Position numbers and translations under genes: made by a program
Shown: positions 44,721 through 57,200 of the stretch, in pieces
Position numbering within the stretch: the first letter of the stretch is position 1
How the letters are laid out: each line of letters begins with the position of its first letter
Assembly (NCBI GenBank): GCA_002269645.1
Contig: NIVC01000811.1
Location: 1-64,000 of the forward strand
Source of the DNA: Macrostomum lignano
Lineage: Eukaryota
Direction: 5' to 3'
Length of the DNA: 64,000 nucleotides
The notes under the pieces: generated by a model
Told to the model about the DNA's origin: nothing
What the model saw: only the letters and a program-made list of their open reading frames with translations
Database searches by the model: none

Positions 44721-44984
44721 TCACAAAGCCAGAAGCAAAACTTGTTATCTCACGATTCAAATATTGCTGCACCGATAATGTCAGACGATTTTTAAACGGG
44801 GTTTTAAGAGAAATGATTGACACTCGTAATTAGGCTGACAAATATTCTGCAGATCTGAATGGCACAAGCGTGTAAAATCATGTAAAATATGTTAATAAAT
44901 TTATTAACTTTTTATGCTTTCTGTTGCTGATTATAACATTTCTGGCTGTGTTGAGGTTTTTGTTTAAGATATTTGTGTTGTTCC

Positions 44985-46030
44985 AGATCCTTCAGAAACA
45001 GTTCACAATGGTTCCAGATCCTTCAGGAACAGTTCACAATGGTTCCAGATCCTTCAGAAACAGTTCACAATGGTTCCAGATCCTTCAGGAACAGTTCACA
45101 ATGGTTCCAGATCCTTCAGGAACAGTTCACAATGGTTCCAGATCCTTCAGGAATAGTTCACAATGGTTCCAGATCCTTCAGGAATAGTTCACAATGGTTC
45201 CAGATCCTTCAGGAATAGTTCACAATGGTTCCAGATCCTTCAGGAACAGTTCACAATGGTTCCAGATCCTTCAGGAATAGTTCACAATGGTTCCAAATCC
45301 TTCAGGAATAGTTCACAATGGTTCCAGATCCTTCAGGAACAGTTCACAATGGTTCCAAATCCTTCAGGAATAGTTCACAATGGTTCCAGATCCTTCAGGA
45401 ATAGTTCACAATGGTTCCAAATCCTTTAGGAATAGTTCACAATGGTTCCAGATCCTTCAGGAACAGTTCACAATGGTTCCAAATCCTTCAGGAACAGTTC
45501 ACAATGGTTCCAGATCCTTCAGGAATAGTTCACAATGGTTCCAAATCCTTCAGGAATAGTTCACAATGGTTCCAGATCCTTCAGGAACAGTTCACAATGG
45601 TTCCAGATCCTTCAGGAATAGTTCACAATGGTTCCAGATCCTTCAGGAATAGTTCACAATGGTTCCAGATCCTTCAGGAACAGTTCACAATGGTTCCAGA
45701 TCCTTCAGGAACAGTTCACAATGGTTCCAAATCCTTCAGGAATAGTTCACAATGGTTTCAGATCCTTCAGGAATAGTTCACAATGGTTCCAGATCCTTTA
45801 GGAACAGTTCACAATGGTTCCAGATACTTCAGGAATAGTTCACAATGGTTCCAGATCCTTCAGGAATAGTTCACAATGGTTCCAGATACTTCAGGAACAG
45901 TTCACAATGGTTCCAGATCCTTCAGGAATAGTTCACAATGGTTCCAGATCCTTCAGGAACAGTTAGAATGGTTCCACATCCTTTAGGAATAGTTGAGAAT
46001 GGTTCCACATCCTTCAGGAATACTTCAGAA
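44985..46030. repeat. 31-bp minisatellite (TTCACAATGGTTCCAGATCCTTCAGGAACAG)n
   Basis: About 33 units ending ~100 bp upstream of the WRAP73 ATG. Confidence 0.95.
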
Positions 46031-46129
46031 TGGATCAGAATGCCACAGCAACCCCCGACCCTTGTTGCAGCCAAACCTCAGCCAATCTCCATGGCAACAG
46101 CGTCATCCTAACCCCAACCGGCGCATCCG

Positions 46130-47722
46130 ATGAACTTCTCCGAGCTCATTCCTTTCTCAGGCGGCAGTCGCCTGGCCAGCTTCTCCCCAAGCGGATTTTA
46201 CCTGGCCGAGGCGGCCCAATTTCGGGCGAACGTCCGCGACAGCAAATCCTTGGAGCTGCTGCAGTCCTTCGCCTGCGCCGATCAGATCACGGATTTGGCC
46301 TGGTCGCCTGACAGTCTGTTTCTGATGTGCGTCATGCGCAAGAGGGCGCTGGTACAGGTGAGGGACTTTAGTTTTGTGTTATTCGATACATATATATCGG
46401 CTGTTTGTTTCAAAATAATTCACAAAGTTGTTTTCGATACATATCGGCTGCTTCTTTAAAACTAATTCATTGTTTGTTTTCGATACATATCGGCTAATAG
46501 CTGCACTATAATGCAGATCTTTTACGGTTACCCAACCTTCACCGCTCGCCTTCCCAGGTGTGGTCCCTTGAGCACCCGGACTGGGCTTGCAAAATTGACG
46601 AAGGCGTCGCCGGTTTGGTCGCCGCCTGCTGGGCGCCGGACAGTCGGCGAGTGCTGACCACGGCCGACTTTAATCTGCGGGTGACTGTCTGGTCGCTGAC
46701 TGACAAGACGGTGGCTTATTTGAAGCACCCGAAGGCCTGCTCGAAGTATATAGCGTTCAGGTGAGCTCTGGAAAAAATGGCACTCGGGTCTTAAAAATGG
46801 CAATCTGGTTCTAAAAATGGCAATCTGGTTCTAAAAATGGCACTCGGGTCCTAAAAATGGCACTCAGGCCCTAAAAATGGCACTCTGGTTCTAAAAATGG
46901 CACTCGGGTCCTAAAAATGGCACTCGGGCCCTAAAAATGGCACTCTGGTTCTAAAAATGGCACTCGGGTCCTAAAAATGGCACTCAGGCCCTAAAAATGG
47001 CACTCTGGTTCTAAAAATGGCACTCGGGTCCTAAAAATGGCACTCGGGCCCTAAAAATGGCACTCTGGTTCTAAAAATGGCACTCGGGTCCTAAAATGGC
47101 ACTCAGGTTCTAAAAATGGCACTCAGGCCCTAAAAATGGCACTCTGGTTCTAAAAATGGCACTCGGGTCCTAAAAATGGCACTCAGGTCCTAAAATGGCA
47201 CTCGGGTTCTAAAAATGGCACTCGGGTTCTAAAAATGGCACTCGGGTTCTAAAAATGGCACTCGGGTTCTAAAAATGCACTCGGGTTCTAAAAATGGCAC
47301 TCGGGTCCTATAAATGGCACTCGGGCCCTAAAAATGGCACTCGGGTTCTAAAATGGCACTCGGATACTAAAAATGGCACTCGGGGCCTAAAATAACACTC
47401 GGGTTTTTACTAAAAACTGGATTTCTGATTTCAGAAGTGGCATCTCGGATTTCATTCCGCCTTCCCCATCCCCAAATCCCCTCAGCTCGGACGGCTGCCT
47501 GCTGGCCCTGGCCGAGCGTCGCGGCCTCAAAGACTGCGTCTCCGTGTTCAACTGCGGCGGTGACACCGGCTGGCAGCTGGTCGCCCATTTCGATGCCGGC
47601 ACCGAAGACCTGGACGGCCTGGCCTGGTCGCCTGACGCCACTGCTCTGGCCTGCTGGGACGGCTGCCTGCGCAGTCGGGTGGCGATTTTCTCGCCGACAG
47701 GTTCGCGATGGTTATGGTGATG

Positions 47723-47753
<31 letters not shown>

Positions 47754-47905
47754 TGATGATAGTGATGATGATGATGATGATGATGATGATAATGATGTTG
47801 ATGATGGTGATGGAGATGGTGACGAAGTTGATTGTACTGATGTCGATAATGATGATGATGATTGTGATGGTGATAATGATGATGATGATGATGATGATGA
47901 TGATA

Positions 47906-47947
<42 letters not shown>

Positions 47948-48221
47948 GTGATGATAGTGATGATGGTTATGATGATGGCGAAAATGATGATGATGATTGT
48001 GATGATGATGATAATGATGTTGATGATGGTGATGGAGATGGTGACGAAGTTGATTGTACTGATGTCGATAATGATGATGATGATTGTGATGGTGATAATG
48101 ATGATGGTGATAATGATGATGATGATAATGATGATGATGATGATTGTGATGGTGATAATGATGATGGTGATAATGATGATGATGATAATGATGATGATGA
48201 TGATTGTGATGGTGATAATGG

Positions 48222-48252
<31 letters not shown>

Positions 48253-48398
48253 AATGATGGTGATAATGATGATGATTGTGATGATAATGAAAATGATGGT
48301 GATAATGATGATGATGATGATTGTGATGGTGATAATGATGATGGTGATAATGATGATGATGATAATGATGATGATGATGATTGTGATGGTGATAATGG

Positions 48399-48429
<31 letters not shown>

Positions 48430-48542
48430 AATGATGGTGATAATGATGATGATTGTGATGATAATGAAAATGATGATGATAATGATGATGATGATGATGA
48501 TGATGATAATGATGATGATGATGATTGTGATGGTGATAATGG

Positions 48543-48573
<31 letters not shown>

Positions 48574-48625
48574 AATGATGGTGATAATGATGATGATTGT
48601 GATGATAATGAAAATGATGATGATA

Positions 48626-48657
<32 letters not shown>

Positions 48658-49980
48658 AATGATGATGATGATGATGATGGTAGTGGTGTTGATAGTGATG
48701 ATGGTAATGATGATGATGATGATAGTGGTGTTGATAGTGATGATGGTGATGATGATGATAATGATGGTGATAATGATGATGATAACGATGGTGTCTATTG
48801 TGATGATGATGATGATGGTGGTGTCGATAGTGATAATAATGATGGTGATGATGGTGATGATGATGATGATGATGGTGATGATGATAATGATGATGATGAT
48901 TGTGATGATGATAATGATGGTGATAATGGTGTTGATGATAATGATGGTGATGATGGTGATGATGATAATGATGGTGATAATGGTGATGCTGATGATGATG
49001 GTTTCCATACTTATCCTCAAACTCATCCCATTTCCATACTTATGCTCAAATTCATCCCATTTCCATACTTATCCTCAAACTCATCCCATTTCCATACTTA
49101 TCCTCAAATTCATCCCATTTCCATACTTATCCTCAAACTCATCCCATTTCCATACTTATCCTCAAACTCATCCCATTTCCATACTTATCCTCAAACTCAT
49201 TCCATTTCCATACTTATCCTCAAACTCATCCCATCCCCGAACTCACCCCACGCAGGCACACAGCTGCACACATTCAGCGCTTACCCCCTGGAGCGCGGCC
49301 TGGGCACCAAGTGCGTGGAGTGGTCGCCATCCTCCCAGTTCCTGGCAGTCGGCTGCTACGACGGCTCGCTGCGATTATTGAACAACATCACCTGGGAGCC
49401 GCTGGCCGAGATGCGCGGCCAGACCTGTGTGGAGCCGCCGCCATCCTCCTCAGCCTCATCATCAGGGATCGTGGCTTATCGAGAGATCGAATCCCCATCC
49501 GGTTTGCCCAGATACGAGGCTTCATCACCCGGTGACCCTCCAATCCCGATCCCGGTGGTGAAGCCGGACCCCAGCAAGCCGAATCCCAAAGTGGGAATCG
49601 GAGCTGTGCACTTCTCGCCCTGCTCCCGGTACGTGGCATTTCGCGAGGACAGCCAGCCAGGAGCCCTTTGGCTGTGGGAGCTCAACAGGTTGAAGCCGAG
49701 CGCCCTGCTGCTGCACAGAAATCCCGTCCGATCGTTTGCTTGGGATCCGTCAGCTTTTAATCCTCCCAGACTGGCCATTGTGACCGGAACTCCGTGTGTG
49801 TACATGTGGTCAACCGCTGGCTGCTTGGCCGCTCAGGTGCCGCTCATGGACCGCTGCGGCGCATTCGTGATCACCAGCGTCAGCTGGCATCCTGACGGAG
49901 ACGCCCTGCTGCTCACATCCGATGCCGACGCCTGCGTGTGCTTCCTGGAGTCTGGCGGAGCTGCGGGACAGGCTGGATGA
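46130..49980 (+). CDS. WRAP73: WD-repeat protein WRAP73/WDR8 (456 aa)
   Basis: Exons 46130-46357, 46558-46760, 47486-47700, 49256-49980, phase-consistent. Characteristic MNFSEL start, [65 protein letters not shown]. Confidence 0.92.
46785..47390. repeat. 20-bp intronic minisatellite (TAAAAATGGCACTCGGGTTC)n
   Basis: About 30 units. Confidence 0.92.
47710..49240. repeat. Degenerate (GAT)n tract (47710-49000) followed by a 29-bp minisatellite, within WRAP73 intron 3
   Basis: Lies between the donor at 47701 and the acceptor at 49255. Confidence 0.9.
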
Positions 49981-49984
49981 AGCA

Positions 49985-50190
49985 TCATTGCTGAGCTGTG
50001 ATTGGCTGATGGCTGAGTGTAGCTTTATTGCATTGCTGAGCTGTGATTGGCTGATGGCTGAGTGTAGCTTTATTGCATTGCTGAGCTGTGATTGGCTGAT
50101 GACTGAGTGTAGCTTTATTGCATTACTGAGCTCTGATTGGCTAATGACTGAGTGTAGTTTTATTGCATTGCTGAGCTCTGATTGGCTGAT
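49985..50190. repeat. 45-bp tandem repeat immediately after the WRAP73 stop
   Basis: GCATTGCTGAGCTGTGATTGGCTGATGGCTGAGTGTAGCTTTATT, ~4.5 copies. Confidence 0.88.
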
Positions 50191-50544
50191 CCACCGCATT
50201 ACATTGCTGTGTCACCATTTCAAGGGTCTATTTTAAAAGTCCTTCCTTCCGAATTCCAGTTACAATTCGATACTCATTAAGCTGCATATTTATAAATAGA
50301 TGCAGGACATCTGTAGGTAGACAATTTTTTATTTATTTTATATTACGACTGCTTAGTAGGCTGTTTCACGGTTTTTGTGTTAAATTGATTTCCTTCTTTG
50401 TGGCCACTTTGGGTAATATCAATATTTTTAAATACGAAATCTGAATGTTTCCAATCAATATTGCATTGCGTTTAAGCGCTCGAGACATAAAAAACTTCTT
50501 ATAACATGTCCTGTCTTTAAAGAAATTTTTCAGTTTTTTCAGAC

Positions 50545-51080
50545 TAAGAGGTAGAGCAAGAATCAGGAGAGTAGACTGAGAGGTAGAGCAAGAATCAGGA
50601 GAATAGAGTGAGAGGTAGAGTGAGAATCAGGTTGGTAGAGTGAGAGGTAGAGTGAGAGGTAGAGCCAGAATCAGGATGGTAGAGTGAGAGGTAGAGCGAG
50701 AATCAGGAAGATAGAGTGAGAGGTAGAGCGAGAATCAGGAAGGTAGAGTGAGAAGTAGAGCGAAAATCAGGAAGGTAGAGTGAGAGGTAGAGCGAGAATC
50801 AGGAGAGTAGACTGAGAGGTATAGTGAGAAGTAGAGCGAGAATCAGGTAGGTAGAGTGAGAAATAGTGAGAGGTATAGAGAGAATCAGGAAGATAGAATG
50901 AGAGGTAGAGCGAGAATCAGGAAGGTAGAGTGAGAGGTAGAGCGAGAATCAGGAAGGTAGAGTGAGAGGTAGAGCAAGAATCAGGAAGGTAGAGTGAGAG
51001 GTAGAGCGAGAATCAGGAAGGTAGAGTGAGAGGTAGAGCGAGAATCAGGAAGGTAGAGTGAGAGGTAGAGTGAGAGGTAG
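50545..51080. repeat. Purine-rich ~31-bp minisatellite
   Basis: AGAGTGAGAGGTAGAGCGAGAATCAGGAAGGT-like units. Confidence 0.88.
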
Positions 51081-51144
51081 AGCGAGCTCTCCCGTCCCCA
51101 CCAGCTCAACCCAGTTCATCTCCTCGCACTTACAGCCCGTCGCC

Positions 51145-52356
51145 ATGGCAACAAATCTGCAACAGTCTCGCCGCTGCTCCCTCGCCATCACAGTCCCAGA
51201 CTCCAAGGATGAGGCGGTCTCTCCTTCATCGCCCTGCAGCTGGAGCATCTGTCGAATTTGTCGCGAGTCCGCGCCAGTGACAGGCTCGGGCACTGGCAGT
51301 GACAGTCAGCTGTGCCAGCCGTGCCAGTGCCGCGGCACCGTGGCTCATGTGCACCTGGCCTGCCTCTTTAGATGGCTCCAACGAAGCGGCTACGACAGGT
51401 GCGAGCTGTGCCAGCAGCCGTTCTCCATCGGATTGTCTTCATCAAAGCCTCAGCCTCCCACAGTTGGCGGTTCCTCATCTGCAGTTTGGGGAGTCTCATT
51501 GAGACTCTGCTTAGCTGTGCTGGCTCTCCTGTGCTCAGGCAGGGTCACCAGGCACTTGTTGGGTCACAGCGCAGGTCACAGCAGCAGTGGGGCTCAGCTG
51601 GCATCTGTAAGCCAAGACATCCCACTTGGCTGCGCAGTCTCCATCATCAACTTGACTTTCATCTGGACATTTGCCAGTCGGTTCCGCATTCCAGCGCCAG
51701 TTGCTGAGCTGCTAGGAGTTCTAGTTCCGCTTGAGTCGGATTGTGATGAAGCTGAGCCAGGAGTCTGCTGGTATGGCAGGCTGCCAAATCGTTTGATTGG
51801 CCTGGCTTTGGCCAACTCAATCTCTGTTTTACTTGGTTGCTATGCCCCTTGGAAACTGTGCGAGTTCCTCATCGGATTGATTGACAGCTCGGCTAGTGAT
51901 GCTTCATCAACTAGTTGGATTCTGGCACTGCCGCTGCTGGTGGCCGGTGCCGTTGCCACCGAGCTCTGCTGGGGTTCGAAACTCCGACCGCTGCTGCTGC
52001 CGCCTGCGGTTTTCTTTGCCGCTCCGATCTTCTGTGGATTAGGGATTAGCGGCGCTGTGAACTACTGGAATCAGGAGGATTATCCCAGTGCAGGGATCGG
52101 TCTGGTGAACTGCTGGATAATCGGTGCCGTCTGTCTGTGCTCGGCTCGGAATCTGCTCGGCTGCTTGACCAACCAGGCTGAAAGCAGGAGCGATCCGGTC
52201 TTCTGCTTCTGCTTTTTTGACGCCTTTTTCAGTCTGGCCGATGCCAGCTGGACTGAGGCGGCTCGGGCCTTGGCTGAGGTGGCGCTTCTCGGAGCCCTTG
52301 GGGTGTCCGCCGGAGTGCCTGTTGCTTGCCTTCTTGTGTCCGCTTCTGAGGCCTAG
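51145..52356 (+). CDS. RING-CH (MARCH-family) multi-pass membrane E3 ubiquitin ligase, intronless CDS, 403 aa
   Basis: Good Kozak context CGCCATGG. CRIC...PCQCRGTVAHVHLACLFRW...RCELC is a C4HC3 RING-CH, followed by several hydrophobic segments. Confidence 0.8.
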   Translation: MATNLQQSRRCSLAITVPDSKDEAVSPSSPCSWSICRICRESAPVTGSGTGSDSQLCQPCQCRGTVAHVHLACLFRWLQRSGYDRCELCQQPFSIGLSSSKPQPPTVGGSSSAVWGVSLRLCLAVLALLCSGRVTRHLLGHSAGHSSSGAQLASVSQDIPLGCAVSIINLTFIWTFASRFRIPAPVAELLGVLVPLESDCDEAEPGVCWYGRLPNRLIGLALANSISVLLGCYAPWKLCEFLIGLIDSSASDASSTSWILALPLLVAGAVATELCWGSKLRPLLLPPAVFFAAPIFCGLGISGAVNYWNQEDYPSAGIGLVNCWIIGAVCLCSARNLLGCLTNQAESRSDPVFCFCFFDAFFSLADASWTEAARALAEVALLGALGVSAGVPVACLLVSASEA

Positions 52357-53194
52357 CTGTCTTCTGCTTTTTTATTGCTGCTTTTGCTTGCCTTCTTGTG
52401 TCCGCTTCTGAGGCCTAGCTGTCTTCTGCTTTTTGGGTTGCTGCTGTTGCTTGCCTTCTTGTGTCCGCTTCTGAGGCCTAGCTGTCTTCTGCTTTTTTAT
52501 TGCTGCTCTGCTGCTTTTGCTTGACAAGCGGCTTTTTTATAGTTTTTTGCACTGTCTGCTTGCTTTGACTCCGTCTGTGAGAACAGACTGCTTATCTCGA
52601 ATCTCTGTCTATCTGCTCTCTCCCTCTGACTCATCCGCTCTCCCTCTGACTCATCCGCTCTGCTACTTTCACCCATCCTACCTCTCTGAACATGTGCTTA
52701 CTATTTTGCCTTTCAATAAAATAGCTCAGAATGAGTACTTTCATACTCATATGTCAGCTGGCTGTGTTATCCCGACTCAGCTGACGAGAGCCGGCCATGG
52801 ACTGTTAATCTTCGTAGTCCATGCATCTCTGTGCTGTTACTATTAGTCAGAATAGCTGAAATTTAAATTGGAGTTTCTTTTCACCGTGAGCCTAATTGGC
52901 ACCCAACATTATTCATTCCATCACCTAGCATCTTCCATCAAGGTTTATTTAATCAGCCATAATGAATTTCGCCATTGCTTACCTAATTCATATCGCTCAT
53001 TTTTATGCTGCATAAATTGAACAGCCATTCCATTTTTCAATGTTTTTTATGTTCAGCATCGTTTTGCTGTCAGTAGCTTTCAGTAACTCTATGAAGTGCC
53101 TCTGTGTAATTTCTGAGTATATATAATATAATATAATATAATATATCGTTTGTTGGATAATGCCGACTAATGCTGACTTCATGAATTGATTTTT

Positions 53195-54090
53195 CTTCAG
53201 GGGTAGCATGAACCTACTGAAGGGTTCTCAGGGGTAGCATGAAGCTATTGAAATGTATTCAGGGGTAGCATGAAGCTGCCAAAGGGTTCTCAGGGTAGCA
53301 TGAAGCTGCTGAGGGGTCCTCAGGGGTAGCATGAACCTACTGAGGGGTTCTCAGGGGTAGCATGAAGCTACTGAAGGGTTCTAAGGGGTAGCATGAAGCT
53401 ACTTAAGGGTTCTAAGGGGTAGCATAAAGCTACTGAAGGGTTCTAAGGGGTAGCATGAAGCTACTGAAGGGTCCTCAGGGGTAGCATGAAGCTACTGAAG
53501 GGTTCTAAGGGGTAGCATGAAGCTACTTAAGGGTTCTAAGGGGTAGCATAAAGCTACTGAAGGGTTCTAAGGGGTAGCATGAAGCTACTGAAGGGTCCTC
53601 AGGGGTAGCATGAAGCTACTAAAGGGTTCTCAGGGGTAGCATGAAGCTACTAAAGGGTTCTCAGGGGTAGCATGAAGCTACTGAAGGGTTCTCAGGGGTA
53701 GCATGAAGCTACTGAAGGGTTCTCAGGGGTAGCATGAAGCTACTGAGGGGTTCTCAGGGGTAGCATGAAGCTACTGAGGGGTTCTCAGGGGTAGCATGAA
53801 GCTACTGAGGGGTTCTAAGGGGTAGCATGAAGCTACTGAAGGGTTCTCAGGGGTAGCATGAAGCTACTGAGGGGTTCTAAGGGGTAGCATGAAGCTACTG
53901 AAGGGTTCTCAGGGGTAGCATGAAGCTACTGAGGGGTTCTCAGGGGTAGCATGAAGCTACTGAGGGGTTCTCAGGGGTAGCATGAAGCTACTGAGGGGTT
54001 CTCAGGGGTAGCATGAAGCTACTGAGGGGTTCTAAGGGGTAGCATGAAGCTACTGAAGGGTTCTCAGGGGTAGCATGAAGCTACTGAAGG
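53195..54090. repeat. 31-bp minisatellite (GGGGTAGCATGAAGCTACTGAAGGGTTCTCA)n
   Basis: About 28 units. Confidence 0.95.
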
Positions 54091-54227
54091 TCTTCAGGGT
54101 TTATTTGGCTCAGGGGTCTCTGAGTCGCCATCCAACCAACCAAAACTCAGCATCCCAGCCCATCAATCAATTTCATGGTTGCCCCAGCGCCGCAGCCATT
54201 GCAGCGGCATCCCAGCAGACGGCAGCG

Positions 54228-57200
54228 ATGAATCTGCGGCTGCTTCTAGCGAGATCTCCGTGTCCAGGCTGCTATTATTCCCGGTTCGCCATCAGAGTTG
54301 GCTCAGCGGCTGCTGCAGTGCTCTGCCTCTTGTTTATCGGTGAGAAACTGTGCTGCATCTGTCTGGCTCATGCAGATCCTTAAAGCACCCTGTTGTACAA
54401 TATCTATACTGCATATTGCAGTCAGCTGTGTGTACTGCAATAGGCCCCTGTTGTATCTATACTGCATATTGCAGTCAGCTGTGTGTACTACAATAGGCCC
54501 CTGTTGTATCTATACTGCACATTGCAGTCAGCACTGTGTACTGCAATAGGCCCCTGTTGTATCTATACTGCATATTGCAGTCAGCACTGTGTACTGCAAT
54601 AGGCCCCTGTTGTATCTATACTGCATATTGCAGTCAGCACTGTGTACTACAATAGGCCCCTGTTATATCTATACTGCATATTGCAGTCAGCACTGTGTAC
54701 TGCAATAGGCCCCTGTTGTATCTATACTGCATATTGCAGTCAGCACTGTGTACTGCAATAGGCCCCTGTTGTATCTATACTGCATATTGCAGTCAGCTGT
54801 GTGTACTGCAATAGGCCCCTGTTGTATCTATACTGCATATTGCAGTCAGCTGTGTGTACTGCAATAGGCCCCTGTTGTATCTATACTGCATATTGCAGTC
54901 AGCTGTGTGTACTACAATAGGCCCCTGTTGTATCTATACTGCATATTGCAGTCAGCTGTGTGTACTACAATAGGCCCCTGTTGTATCAATACTGCATATT
55001 GCAGTTAGCTCTGTGTGTACTACAATGGGCCCCTGTTGTATCCATACTGCATATTGCAGTCAGCTCTGTGTACTACAATAGGCCTGCAGCCTACAGCAGC
55101 GGCGGAGGTAACAGTTTGAATTTGCGAGATGACTGCAGCTGTGAAGCTAACTGACCTCAGCTTAACTCTCTGATCTTGTAATTGCAGCTGCTGTTTATAT
55201 GTTTGTCATCAATGACTCACTGCATAGCCGTATGACTCATTTAGAAAACACTTTGAGTCTCACAAATTCAAAAAATTCACCCAATGACTCTTTGTCAGTT
55301 AAGGACCATATGACTCACTCAATGACCATATGACTCACTCAATGACCATATGACTCTTTCAATGACCATATGACTCACTCAATGACCATATGACCCACTC
55401 AATGACCATATGACCCACTCAATGACCATATGACTCACTCAATGATCATATGACTCACGTAATGCCTATATGACTCCTTCAATGACCATATGACTCACTC
55501 AATGATCATATGACCCACTCAATGACTATATGACCCACTCAATGATCATATGACTCACGTAATGACTATATGACTCATTCAATTACCATATGACTCACTC
55601 AATGATCATATGACCCACTCAATGACCATATGACTCACTCAATGATCATATGACTCACGTAATGACTATATGACTCATTTAATTACCATATGACTCACTC
55701 AATGATCATATGACTCATTCAATGACCCAATGACCCATTAAATAACCATGAATGACTCACCAATCATTACATAACTCAATGGCTCATTAACCCTAGCCAT
55801 TTGATAACTCACTTGTGAACCAGCTGACGCACCCAATGACTCACTCAACTGCTATCTAACTTTCTTAGTGTTTCACTGTCTCTGACTCACTTCAATGACT
55901 TGCTGACCCACTCACTGACTCATCGTGCAACACTCCCCCTCATACGCAGCCAACAGCATACTCAGGTCAGCGCTACAGCCTGCTCAATTGGCAGTCAATC
56001 TCCAGAATGCCCAATTCGACACGGGCAGCAGAGTCGGTGGCGACCGTCTGCCAGCAGTCGGTGGTGGCGCAGACGAGCTGCACAGACTGGCTCAGCACCT
56101 GCGGTTGGTGTACACCGTCACGGCTAACACCGATTCGGGGGGCGGCTCGCACTCTGTTGTCATCCGGCTGGGAAATCCGTTTAAAACTCGACTGGGAGCC
56201 GGAATTCGATGGAGAATGTACTTTTCATTGATGCACCCCGTTGTGCAGCACCAGACGGGTGGCGGCTGCGGCCGGAAGCTGCAGTTTATATTCAAGCACG
56301 TCAATGGCTACCTGCACTACCTGGAGCCGACGGGTGAGGCGGCCGCTGACGGCCTGCCACCTGGGGACGACTGCCTGATTGAGTACACTGGCAATGGCCA
56401 CATTATTGGCAGGTGAGTGCTTAGAGTAGCTTGAAAAATGGCATCGAATTCTGGCCATACTACTTACAGTAGAAATGCAAGACAAAAGCACCGTATTTTA
56501 ATTATCCTACTTACAGTAGAAATGCAAGACAATAGCATCCTATTTTAATTATCCTACTCACAGTAGAAATGCAAGACAATAGCATCGTATTTTAATATCC
56601 TACTTACAGTAGAAATGCAAGACAATAGCATCGTATTTTAATATCCTACTTACAGTAGAAATGCAAGACAATAGCATCGTATTTTAATATCCTACTTACA
56701 GTAGAAATGCAAGACAATAGCATCCTATTTTAATTATCCTACTTACAGTAGAAATGCAAGACAATGGCATCGTATTTTAATTATCCTACTTACAGTAGAA
56801 ATGCAAGACAATAGCATCGTATTTTAATATCCTACTCACAGTAGAAATGCAAGACAATAGCATCGTATTTTAATTATCCTACTTACAGTAGAAATGCAAG
56901 ACAATAGCATCGTATTTTAATTATCCTACTTACAGTAGAAATGCAAGACAATAGCATCGTATTTTAATTACCCTACTTGCAGTAAAAATGCAAGACAATG
57001 GCATCGTATTTTAATTATCCTACTTTCAGTAGAAATGCAAGAAAAATCCACAAAATCCGCTCACAGATACGACGCCTTCCCCAACTGGTACCTGGTGCCT
57101 CTGATGCCGCCCAGTTTCCAAGACGAGTCGCCGCAGGCGGTTGTTGTCGAATGCACGGCCGGATTGGCCAATCAGTTCGTGGCGCCGCTCCTCACGCCGG

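Noticed and set aside
43857-44823. 287-aa and 299-aa repeat proteins on opposite strands
   Set aside because: Translations of a 42-bp minisatellite whose length is divisible by three; no unique coding flanks.
47437-49980. 847-aa ORF with a huge poly-Asp tract, plus the overlapping poly-Ile and poly-Met ORFs
   Set aside because: The (GAT)n tract lies between a donor at 47701 and an acceptor at 49255. Splicing it out gives a normal 456-aa WRAP73; the open frames are a by-product of a stop-free triplet repeat.
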